64,000 nt of DNA from Tubulanus polymorphus. Lineage: Eukaryota; Animalia; Nemertea. Location: assembly GCF_964204645.1 (NCBI RefSeq), contig NC_134031.1, positions 310,001-374,000 of the forward strand, in the 5' to 3' direction. How positions within the stretch are numbered: the first letter of the stretch is position 1; every line of letters begins with the position of its first letter. The translations under genes were made by a program, and so were the position numbers. Under the pieces are notes generated by a model, which saw nothing but the letters and a program-made list of their open reading frames with translations, was not told the DNA's origin and ran no database searches. Positions 13,586 to 25,203 of this stretch are shown in pieces.

Positions 13586-13894
13586 TTTTCCTTTTGTTCC
13601 CTTAGAATCAAGTACAGTATGTTTTCCTTAGAATTGAGAAATATTAATAAAAAGAATAGCATAAAACATTAAAGAAAACAAAAAACAATATTGATGATTT
13701 ATTGAGAAGTGATGAGCAAAAAGATCAAATAAAGCAAGGTGATGATGAAGATAGAAAAGAAGCTGTTACTGAAGCTGTTACTGTTATTGTTACTGAATTG
13801 ATTGTGTTTTAACAGTTCATCAGAGACATTCATTAAACATTGATTCAGTAAACAGTGATTCAACCTTGGCAGATTGTGAAGGAGGCGAGGGGCT

Positions 13895-14132
13895 GAACAA
13901 AATCCAAAAGGGCCCAAACAAAATCCAAAAGGGCCCAAACAAAATCCAAAGGGCCCAAACAAAATCCAAAAGGGCCCAAACAAAATCCAAAGGGCCCAAA
14001 CAAAATCCAAGGGGCCCAAACAAAATCCAAGGGGCCCAAACAAAATCCAAGGGGCCCAAACAAAATCCAAGGGGCCCAAACAAAATCCAAGGGGCCCAAA
14101 CAAAATCCAAAAGGACCCAAACAAAATCCAAA
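13895..14132. repeat. 20/21-bp minisatellite
   Basis: (GGGGCCCAAACAAAATCCAA)x~11. Confidence 0.95.
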
Positions 14133-14700
14133 ACTGCAAACACTCGATGAGTCACGAAGTGTAAAAAGACAAAGAACAAAAGAGGTTGAAGATGATTTGA
14201 TAATGTTGTAAATTGAGAGTGATTTAGAAACAGTTCCATACAGAGATGTGAGTTTGAGGTGAGATGTCGGAGTCTGTCTGGTGATGGTTGTGTGAGTTGT
14301 GGTATCTGCTGCTGCTGCTGCTGGTGTCTGTCTCATCTCTCTCTATCGGCGGCAGTAGAGTGATTATGGTTGTCTGTTTATCCGGTGTAATCTTGTGTCA
14401 ACTGCTTTAAGAGCAATTTAATTACGGTACATCTTCTCTATTGAGCGAATCGGATGACAGCCTCACGCGGTATAATCAATACGACTTACTGCCGTTACTA
14501 GCAGCCAGTTGTGTGCTGATGAGCAGCGAGAGCTCGCACTGTCACTGTCACTGTCCGCATCTCTTAAAGGGGTTCTACCGCAATACTCGACAACTCACAA
14601 ACTATGAAAATAAAATCAACTCTGGATCCATATTTCACAGATATATAAGCTAGATATGTATCTCATCGAAGAAACGATGTAAAATCGCAGGATAAAAAAG

Positions 14701-14775
14701 GAAAATCGAGTCCCGAAATGTGTCTTCGAGCTGTGGTTTATTCAACGTTTCGTCCTGATTAGTGTCATCTTATGG
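14701..14775 (-). mobile_element. Decayed Penelope-like terminal-repeat/hammerhead remnant
   Basis: Minus strand CCATAAGATGAC..GACGAAACGTTGAATAAA resembles the CTGAAGATGAC..GTCGAAAC motif; homologous segment at 54295-54370. Confidence 0.35.
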
Positions 14776-16246
14776 AATAATAGAAAATTGCAACAAAATT
14801 ATGAAATATAACATAAAGAGTAATCAAATAAATAATGAGGAATGACATAAACTAACGAAATAAACACAGAGAAAAAAATAGAGAATAAAGACAACTTCGG
14901 TTAGAAACTTAACAATATCGCGGCGAAAATTTTCATTTTGATTCTGGATGTCGTTTTTTATAATTTACGTTTGTGATTTTCAATCAGAATTAGTTTATTT
15001 TCAATGATTAAAAGAGTAAAAATGTCAAGTAAAACTGCGATGATTTTGTGTGTTATATGGGCAGTTATGAGGGAATGTTGTCCTGGTATCAGTGAAGAGG
15101 GCCACGGACCACTGCGTCATCATCAACAGAGAGAGAGAGAGAGAGAGAGAGTGATAATCGGACTCCTCAGACTCGTCAGTCAGACTCCTCAGTCCCTCGA
15201 TCGGTGGTGGTGAATATTATGTAGTATCATCAAACTGACAGATATACATTAACTAACCACATCTATCTATCTGGTCAAGTGACTCTCGTTTAAGACTAGA
15301 TAATCATATTAATTATATCTATCTGTGAGATTCTGTCAACTTTCAGGAAATACATTTGTCACTTGACTTATTCTGACCATATGGACGTTAGATACAGACC
15401 ACGGGGGGCATCTCATAATCATTCAATGGGTCGGGCGTCTCTCCAGCCTCAAGGGCAATAACCACGTCATCGATCTACACCCCCCCCCCCACGCCTGTCC
15501 AGCTCTAGGACCCGAGTCACGGCTTTGACGAGTTTCTTATTATGACCGATATATAAGTAATAGTGGCCCCGGTCGCGCATCACTTCGTGTTTACAAAACC
15601 TTTACAAACATGGTTTAAACTAAACTAACTTGATTGAAATAGTATTCACTGCTACATTTTTACCAACTATCTTTCGAAAAGACAAAATATTAATTTAAAT
15701 TTGAATGAATTACAATAATTTACAATCAATTACAGTAAATTATGATAAGTGACATTAATTTACAAATAAAAACGATTCTTTGAACTACTGTAGATTTTAC
15801 ATACAATCAGATACAAATGGTAAAAGTAAAATATAAAAGAGACAGATTGAGAATATGAATCGTTCCCTAAAGATTCAAGTACGGGAATCATTTTATGATA
15901 GAATTAATCAACGGACAGCTCGCACTTACATAAGTACATCCATAATTCATCATTAAACGTAACTTCACTTACTGAAGTACTTTCATATGTCATCATTCTA
16001 TTCATTCTAATGGATTTAAACACTTTCTGATGGTAATTAGAATTCCTTGATTTTTCAACGTGATGTTTATTATTTTTTTGAGTGCAGCGCATAAGATTCC
16101 TTAATCAATCAACCAATCTACTGTTTTTAATGATTTTGAAAGTGTTTGCCCTGAATATTTGTCGAAATCTAAGACGAGTCTTTAAAAATCTGATCTATTA
16201 ATTTGCAGTTCAGTTTCACTGGTGACAGTAGGCTGGAATATCATCC

Positions 16247-16440
16247 ATTTAACTGAGAGATAACTGTTTAACTCATAGATAACTGTTTAACTGAGAGAAA
16301 ACTGTTTAACTCAGAGATAACTGTTTAACTCAGAGATAACTGTTTAACTGAGAGATAACTGTTAAACTCAGGGATAACCGTTTAACTCAGAGATAACTGT
16401 TTAACTCAGAGATAACTGTTTAACTCAGAGATAACTGTTT
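16247..16440. repeat. 19-bp minisatellite (AACTCAGAGATAACTGTTT)x~10
   Basis: Reverse complement of the 47-kb array unit. Confidence 0.9.
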
Positions 16441-17205
16441 GATTGGCCAGTTAGTTGGAATATTTTTCTCACATGAAGTACCAGTAATATCCCATTCTCA
16501 AGTCGGACAGTTTTGGTCGTAGAATAAATGAAATGACTCGAGCGGAGAATCTACTGTATAATGATGTACCGGGTGACTGCCTCGCGGCTGTCTTTAATAT
16601 CGAATGCCGCTCACGATATAAAGATGTTGTTTTAGTGAAAGATGAAATATTGTATAAGATAATGGAATTGATTATGACTGATGGTCGACAGTGTTTACGG
16701 TTAATCACGCGGTTAGTTATATCTGTTATACATGAATGATTTCAGATCTTCACATCGAGTCGAACTACATGAAGATACATGATAACTGTTTATCATCAGT
16801 CAAACTCCGAGAACTCATCTCGGAGAAGCTTTCTTTTTCTAGAGCTCTGACACATTACAGACCCGGCCTAACAGCCGTCACAATCATGTCCATTCAATAA
16901 CTTAACGCTCTAACGATTATATTTGTGAATTAATTTGTCTGTCGTTTTTGAATCTTTTCATGATTTTATATTTCGGCTTTCCTGAAATAAATATTGAATC
17001 GAATCCAAAAAATTTAAAAAAATAAAATCGTTTATGTCCATTTTTTATACCTTTGTGAAACTTATTACATAAAAAGAAAATCCAATTCATATAGGACTAA
17101 AACAATCTTGGAGAAACTGTGAAATTGAAGTTGTTTTTATTTAGATGAGTTCCACGCAGGGCGTTTCATTTGCAAGTTTGGAGTTTCCCCCAAGTTGTGT
17201 GGGAC

Positions 17206-17237
17206 CATGGACGTATAAACTAGATTATACGTCCATG
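17206..17237. mobile_element. 32-bp palindromic micro-transposon (CA..TG termini, ~7-bp TSD; P-element-like)
   Basis: GTGGGAC|CATGGACGTATAA-ACTAGA-TTATACGTCCATG|ATGGGAC. Confidence 0.5.
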
Positions 17238-17410
17238 ATGGGACTAAAAACGGTTTTCAATTCGGGTATATCTTACGTGGGCTATGAAACATATTGACAC
17301 TGAGACAGAAACTGCAGTAGTGCATGTATCAGGAAGTTTGAGGTTCTAATCAAGAAGAAACTTCTCTTCGTGTAAGAAACACACACAGAATCAGTTTGTT
17401 AAACTGCATC

Positions 17411-17555
17411 AGCAGATAACAGCAGATAACAGCAGATAACAGCAGATATCGGCAGATATCGGCAGATAACTGCAGATAACAGCAGATATCAGCAGATATC
17501 AGCAGATATCGGCAGATAACAGCAGATATCAGCAGATAACAGCAGATATCAGCAG
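17411..17555. repeat. 10-bp minisatellite (AGCAGATAWC)n
   Basis: About 14 copies. Confidence 0.9.
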
Positions 17556-17909
17556 CAGGCGGATTTAATGATCCATAGAGAAATTATCCAATCATAGAAT
17601 TCATGTCACGGTAACTATCTACTGTTAGAGGTAACCGTCACGGTAAAATCCCAGTAGTAGAATAAATATATCCGATCACCATCTCTGTGATGTGTAGATA
17701 TAAATCATATCACGATTCATATCGAACTGAACATCGAGTAGGTCGAACTCATTTTCACACGAATGAAGATTCTTTATATCTAATCTGTGCAGAACATAGT
17801 CGTCATTGACAACTAACAAACATACTTCCTGCGTGTACGGAATTTTAGTAGCTTCCCCCTCTCTACTCTCATCTCTCGCACCCTCTCTCCCTCCCTCCCT
17901 CTCTACCTC

Positions 17910-18165
17910 TCTCCCCTCTCCTCTCTCCTCTCTCCTCTCTCCTCTCTCCTCTCTCCTCTCTCCTCTCTCCTCTCTCCTCTCTCCTCTCTCCTCTCTCCTC
18001 TCTCCTCTCTCCTCTCTCCTCTCTCCTCTCTCCTCTCTCCTCTCTCCTCTCTCCTCTCTCCTCTCTCCTCTCTCCTCTCTCCTCTCTCCTCTCTCCTCTC
18101 TCCTCTCTCCTCTCTCCTCTCTCCTCTCTCCTCTCTCCTCTCTCCCTCTCCTCTCTCCTCTCCCT
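17910..18165. repeat. (CTCTCCT)n heptamer polypyrimidine tract
   Basis: Long near-perfect run; the same unit occurs at ~9615-9722 and ~19735-20075. Confidence 0.95.
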
Positions 18166-19734
18166 CCTCTCCCTTTCCTCAAACTAATCTAATTATCAAA
18201 GTGATTATCATTGTTTGAGATGAAACTCTAATATCGCCAGAGTTTTATGAATTCAATTGTGCTTTTTTCAGGGAAGTGAAATTGAGATCTCATAAATTCC
18301 ACAGATGTCTATCAGAGATGAATTGTGATTTATCAGGAATACGGAGAAAGATTGTGATATATCAAAATACAGAGATGGATTGTCTGGATTTCTGTTAGTC
18401 AAATATGAAGATTATTAATAGAATTTAGACTGAAATCAATAATTATTTGAATAAACTTAGATTGGACCTAGCACCGAACATCTGTTTAACACATCTACAA
18501 ATAAAACTCTCATTTTTTTTTTCAAATTTCTTGTTTAAATTAAGACCTTTTGTTCTCGGTACATAAACTGTATGTCTATAAAACATATGTTTTTGTTTGA
18601 GTCGGATCAGCTCATCTATCATTGAAAGACAAAGAGTCAGCTAGACAGCTAGACAGATAGACAGATAGACAGGGAGGCAGATATTCGGTTCCTTGTGTCG
18701 ACACGGATCAGAATGAACTTTCTATTTTTCTCTCAAGACAAGCAGAAAATAATTCATCAACTTCTTATTCGAAAATATGAATAGAACAAAATCATTTTCT
18801 CCCATCATCAGCGAGTGTCATTGTTAGTGTGACATTGAGTGTCAGGTGCGAGTGTGCCGCTGTCATTGGGTATGAATAGGATTATAGATTGAGGAACATC
18901 TATCTGAAAATAACAGAATCAGATACGCGACATCTGAACCAAGACTGTGACTCTGTGACTGTCCGTCCGTCTGTCCGTCTCCGTGTGGTGGCTTAATCTG
19001 CTGCATGTCATATAGTATCTGCATACATTGAATCAAAACTGAAGTCGATTAAATGAGTTTTAATGTGTTCTCACGAGTCCGTGTGAAGTTTTAATAAGGG
19101 GTTTTCAAATTTAATCTAAACCTTGGGCCATAACAGAGGCCCGGGCCCACGGCATAATAAGCCTCTGAGCGATAGGGCAGTATATAAGGCCATTGAGCCC
19201 TAGGAGCCCTAGTAGACTCACAGGACTGATGAGTCATTATGTGAACTAGTCAGAAGCAGTGGTGGGTGGATCGTGGTGGATACCGCAATGATGGATACAG
19301 TGACGGAGGTGGATACTGTGATGGTGGATACTGTGGCGAATGTGTTTTTATAAGTGGTCGACGAAAATAAATAATTAAACGATGCACGCGACAAATTCAA
19401 ATATTGCTAAACCGCTTCACGGCGTCGAAATTCTAATTGAATAGTGTTTCATCTCTAGTGATTTCATAGTCGGTTTAAAGTGCGTCTTTATAAGAGGCGT
19501 TTAACGGCTGGAAAAGAGCTACACTGCGATGTATTGAATTGTCACTTGATGTTATTTCTCATCAGTTTTAATACTGAACTAACAGCACTTGTGTTGATGC
19601 ATCGTAATCTCACATTTATAAATTCACTGATTAGTTTTTCTATAAGTGAAGCTGCTTCATAAAATCAATGATATCATTTTCTGTTGTCATTACATATCAT
19701 TCAAATATTAACCCTTTCCTCCGCGGTGTACAAG

Positions 19735-20075
19735 TCTCTCTCCCCTCTCCTCTCTCCTCTGTCCTCTCTCCTATCTTGTCTGTCCTCTCTTCTCTCTCCT
19801 CTCCTCTCTCTCCTCTCTCCTCTCCTCTCTCTCCTCTCTCTTCTCTCCTCTCTCGCCTCTCTCCTCTCTCCTCTCTCCTCTCTCTCCTCTCTCCTCTCTC
19901 TCTCTCCTCTCTCCTCTCGCCTCTCTCCTCTCTCCTCTCTCCTCTCTCCTCTCTCCTCTCTCCCTCTCCTCTCTCCTCTCTCCTCTCTCCTCTCCTCTCT
20001 CTCCTCTCTCCTCTCTCTCTCTCCTCTCTCCTCTCTCCTCTCTTCTCTCTCCTCTCTCCTCTCTCCTCTCTCTTC
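19735..20075. repeat. Degenerate (CTCTCCT)n tract
   Basis: Direct reading. Confidence 0.9.
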
Positions 20076-23000
20076 TCAAGAAATGCTAGGCCCTGTCAGC
20101 ACTGACCCGAGGCCTCAAAATAGTTAAATGAATACCATTTTTAAAATCATATTTTTGACCTCTTCCAAATGGATTCACTAATATACGTACAGTGTGCGTT
20201 GTATCGCCGAACAATAGAAAACGTGCTTCAAACCCCAGGGATAGTTTATATAGAATTCTTCGCAATTAAATCCTGGATTAATAATTGTTGATAGAATGAT
20301 TAATAATCCTAGGTTAAATCAGTATTAATTGAGGGAATATGTCAATTGTTATCAACTGAGCTATTATAGAGAATGTCAATGATACCAGTAGCCTATACCC
20401 CTAACCCTCTCAGCCTACCCGCCTGTCACCTCGCTGAATTAATCATTTATTTACGCTCATTTCACTCTTTATTCTATTATTATTAGTGACCACGTTTTTT
20501 ACTGCTGCCTATAATTTTCACACCACATGAGATTTGGTCGATTGGATGGATCGGGTGGATCGGGTCAGATCGCGGGATGATTGGTCATTTTACAGCCATA
20601 GCGATTAATCCTGGTTTATTGTGAATCTCTCGAGTGGAAGTAGTGAATATACTGGGGGTCAATTTAACCTGGTAGTTATTCTATAGGTCTCGATTCAGTG
20701 GCTGATTGCAACTTTATAGATTATTGACAATTATGGTTTATCGGTCTAAAATCGTTTGAAATAACGATGAAATTCATTCCTAATCCGACAAATAGAAAAT
20801 GTCATTTTTTGTAAAAACGATTGTTACAGGAATAACAGGAATTATTATTGTTGAAGAGGATGGGTTAAAATTGGGGTTAATTACTAATTAACGACACTTC
20901 ATTAACAGTATTACAACGCGAGCATCAGTAATTAGTGTCAAACATTCATATATATTACTGCAGTAATTTACAAGTCTATTATCATCATCCGGATATTCAA
21001 ACCATCCCTAGCCATCATCCAGCATCAATTAGATTCCAGCACCAGCAGCAGCAGCGGCAGCAGCATCAGCGGCAGTACTGTCTCCTCAAATATAATATTC
21101 ATATCAATGTGATAGTTTTACCAAACTGTGTCCTGGGTTTAGTTTCACGAGTCTTAAGTCTAACTCTAATTCTTAGTTTAATGCTCATGTTTTCAATTAG
21201 AAAAACCATTCAAACTTATTCGTTTTAAGCTCAAACTCCCTCCCTGCACCCCCTCTGCTCCCCTCCTCCCTCCCTCCCTCCTGCACCCCATAGCTTGACA
21301 TATTTTTTCGGATCTGATATTTATGATTTGGCTGATAATTCTACGAATGAAATCGAATCCTCCATCGCGACCACCAACAAAACAAATAAATATACACAAT
21401 TGATAAAAAGAGAGAGGGAGAGAGAGAGAGAGATATGCGAGGAGGATCACATTGTATTGTATTCTGAGAAACTGCGAATAAAAGTATTTGTAACCTTTAA
21501 AAAAGTTCAAGTCCCGTCGTCAATAGAACAGTTGAAGTGATAACGATTCACTGTTGTAAATTATATTATATTTATTCAATTCGTTCATGTAAATCATTGA
21601 ATGAATGCATTTCAGAATTATATTTTATAAATGGTCTAGAAATTTAGAAAGTTTCGTACGAATTATTTTAACATAGAGTGCAATAATGGATGCAGGAGTC
21701 CCAGGAGAGGTCAGTGAAGTGAGTCGGAGCCTCCCTTTAGCATCATGACGGATACTGGACTCAATTCAAATAGTTCCATCAATTTGATTTGACCGTGGAT
21801 TATAACACATTTCATAGTCCATCATTTGACTCAAAGTCAGTTCACTTTCAATGTTTTAAGAGTCACAACTGAAACAGGTAGAGCCTTGGTTAAGTTTGAC
21901 TCTAGATTCAAAGTTCATTCCAACATTTCTAGTTCGAAAACAAAGTTTGAAATACATAATTCAAAGTTTATAAAATCCACTGACCAGTTACAATATATAC
22001 AGTATGTACACATATTTCGATAATAATTTATACTAAAATCACATTCTATTATTTATACTTTTATACTAATGTATTATCTGTTGAGTTAATCCGAGTTGAG
22101 ATGAGTTCATATTTCAGATGACGCTATGTTAACTGTGGAACGTCCATGGGCATTATTCATAGAGATCGACAATTCATAAACTAAGCTTAGTTAAAATGGA
22201 CACTGAACTGAATGAATTATTCACACAGATTCATGTAGATTGATACAGTATTTCTGCCTGGATTTATCAGTCAAACTTTATTCACTATATGATTTTGCCC
22301 AAAAAGTCGATTAAAAGTACATATGAATAGTAAGCTGTAGAGCGGGATAGAGCGGGATAGAGAGGGGAAGGGAGGGGAAGGGAGGGGAAGGGAAGGGAGG
22401 GGAAGGGAGGGGAAGGGAGGGGAAGGGAGGGGAAGGGAGTGTAATATAAGTAGTGAGTGGACACTAGTTTTATATAGTTATCTATGGTAAAACATTGAAG
22501 TGGTGGTCAATTGAAGGGTTCTCTATTTTATCTCTTCATTACAATCATTTCCTGGGCAGGAAAATTCGAGATGTTGAGCTTTTATCAACAGGATGTAAGG
22601 GGTTATTGAGTTCAGTATCAGTGTAGAGAGAGATCGATTCAGCGGCTCATGGTGGTCAAACTCTCACCTCACCGGACATCAACAACCACAAAATACAAAT
22701 CTCCCCTAATCCGATCTGTAAAAACGATAAGGATTTTTTTTCTGATAAAAATAAAGCGTTCGGATCGCGATATTTCTGACCGGACAAATTGATAGGATTA
22801 ACCCCCCGCGAAGAGTACACACATTATTTTCACCAGCCACAGAATGAATAAATGAGTAAATGTTTCTCTCGATGTTTGTTTCTATGGGGATTTCTGTTAT
22901 TATTTTACTATTGTTATTACTGTGAAATTCGATATTGTTTTTTTTTTATTACAGTAGCAAAAAAAGCTGAGATGATCTTTCGAATTGGCTGAATAATTCC

Positions 23001-23357
23001 AGATATAAACTGACTCCAATTAATTCGTTACACTCTGCGACTCGCCTGATAATCAGTGTCTGTAATTACAGATATGATAACCCCCCCCCCCCACATCTCC
23101 CCCCAACCCTGGACACGACACTTCTCTATGCTCTCTATCAGTTATAAGATGAACCTTTTGATCGATATATTATATTTGATAGATTGAATATCGGTGAAGT
23201 TTTCTACAGTTTAAACAGCTGCTAATGATATTACATGACGTCATCATTAAAGCAGACGAACAACAATCTCTCTCACTATGAGATATCAAACTGATCATAT
23301 AGAAATAATTCCAAAGTGTATGCAATCTTTATGAGAAGCTTTCACAAAAATCGTTAC

Positions 23358-23785
23358 TGCTGCTGGTGCTGGTTCTGGTGCTGGTGCTGGTGCTGGTTCT
23401 GGTGCTGGTGCTGGTTCTGGTGCTGGTGCTGGTGCTGGTGCTGGTTCTGGTTCTGGTGCTGGTGCTGGTGCTGGTTCTGGTTCTGGTGCTGGTGCTGGTG
23501 CTGGTTCTGGTTCTGGTGCTGGTGCTGGTGCTGGTTCTGGTGCTGGCGCTGGTGCTGGTGCTGGTTCTGGTTCTGGTGCTGGTGCTGGTGCTGGTTCTGG
23601 TGCTGGTGCTGGTGCTGGTGCTGGTTCTGGTGCTGGCGCTGGTGCTGGTGCTGGTTCTGGTGCTGGTGGTGCTGGTGGTGCTGCTGCTGGTGCAGGTGGT
23701 GCTGGTGGTGCTGCTGCTGCTGTTGCTGGTGCAGGTGGTGCTGCTGCTGTTGCTGCTACTGGTACTGATGTTGCTGCTGGTGCTG
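23358..23785. repeat. (GCTGGT/TCTGGT)n hexamer repeat grading into (GCT/GGT)n
   Basis: Direct reading; source of the WC/LV pseudo-ORFs. Confidence 0.95.
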
Positions 23786-24576
23786 ATACAATGACTGATT
23801 AATTATAGATCTATGTTTAGTATATTTTAGTATTTTACGCATTGCAGCAGTTTTTCGACACTGTTTCAATTTTAAAAGCTGAATAAACTTTGATGATAAT
23901 AAGAGTCCTTAAAAATAGGCAGCAGACTCAGTCTGTTAAATACATGTAGCAATATTGATGGTATCCTCAGTCATTCACAGGTGTTTGAGTGGAATAGCTA
24001 TGGGTGAAATAGCTATAGTAGTGGAACAGCTATATCAGTGGAATAGTCAATGTTGTTGTTGATAAACTCAAGCTTATTTTTAATCCTATTTGAAAAAAAT
24101 GCAGGGAACAATAAAACTAATTGAAGCGAAGATAGGAATATGTCGTATTTGAATTCATTTTGAAATATTAACAATATCGTTCAAGCATATCTAGTTTTAT
24201 ATAGCTGTATGTGATATAGCAGGCCTACAACATAGTGAAGGGAAGAGAAGGGAGAGAAGGGAGGGGAAGTGTGTGGGTGTATAACTATAATTGCTTTATC
24301 CATCTCTGTTTGCTGTTTATCCTCATAATTTCTCATCAAATCCTCACAAAATCCTCACAGCCTCCGTAGATGACTCCCCGACACTGACAGTGGAACTCCA
24401 GACCACCAGCTGCTCCAAAACCACGAAATACAAATACAACAAAATAACTAGAATCCATTCGATATTTCATTGTCATTTAATTAATTTAAACTTTATAAAG
24501 ATTTTAAACAGTAATTTACAACAAATATTAATTATTGACTCTTCATGAGGATTAATGTTATTCAATTCAATATCAA

Positions 24577-24582
24577 TTTATT
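24577..24582 (-). terminator. Candidate polyadenylation signal of Prdm3/16
   Basis: Minus strand TGTAAATTGTAAATAAA: AATAAA ~620 nt after the stop, preceded by TGTA motifs, with a GT-rich tract downstream (~24415-24445). Other AATAAA at 25188-25193 and overlapping the stop. Confidence 0.4.
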
Positions 24583-25203
24583 TACAATTTACACTGAGTA
24601 CAGACAAATACACAATGTATAAACAAACACAGTTCCACAGTTCCACAGTTCCACAGTTCTCCACTCAGTTTTAACAACTCTTCGGGTCGACTAGAGGAAT
24701 AGTGGAACAGTGGAACTGTGGATCTCGGTTTCTGTGTGTTTATACAAAGTGCTGTGGAAGGAAGAGAAAATACAAGTAAACTATTTCACTATTAAAGTAT
24801 TGATCATCAGCGCAAACCAGATCAGAGTTAATCTCCCAACTGTTAATCCTGGATCCTGGACTGTTGTTAATCCCGGATCCTGGACTGTTGAAAATCCTGG
24901 ATCCTGATGATCTAAGACAATCTATTAGTTACATATCAATTATACAAATTAATTATTGTTTTATTTTCTGGTTTTTCATGATTCATTTTAGTTCTGAATT
25001 CATTCGTCCAATAACTTTCTTAGAGTTAGATTTAAACCGTCGTCGAGCCCAGCGACAACTACGAATGGACCGAGCCTAAAAATAATTCTCAAACCACATA
25101 GTAATGACTGTGGGACTGGAATTCACAGTGGATCCACAGAGCGGATCCACAGTGGATCAACAGTGGAACTACAGTGGATTCCTTGTTTTTATTCATAGTT
25201 AGT

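Noticed and set aside
23316-23794. Cys/Trp-rich and Leu/Val-rich ORFs
   Set aside because: Translations of a hexamer microsatellite.
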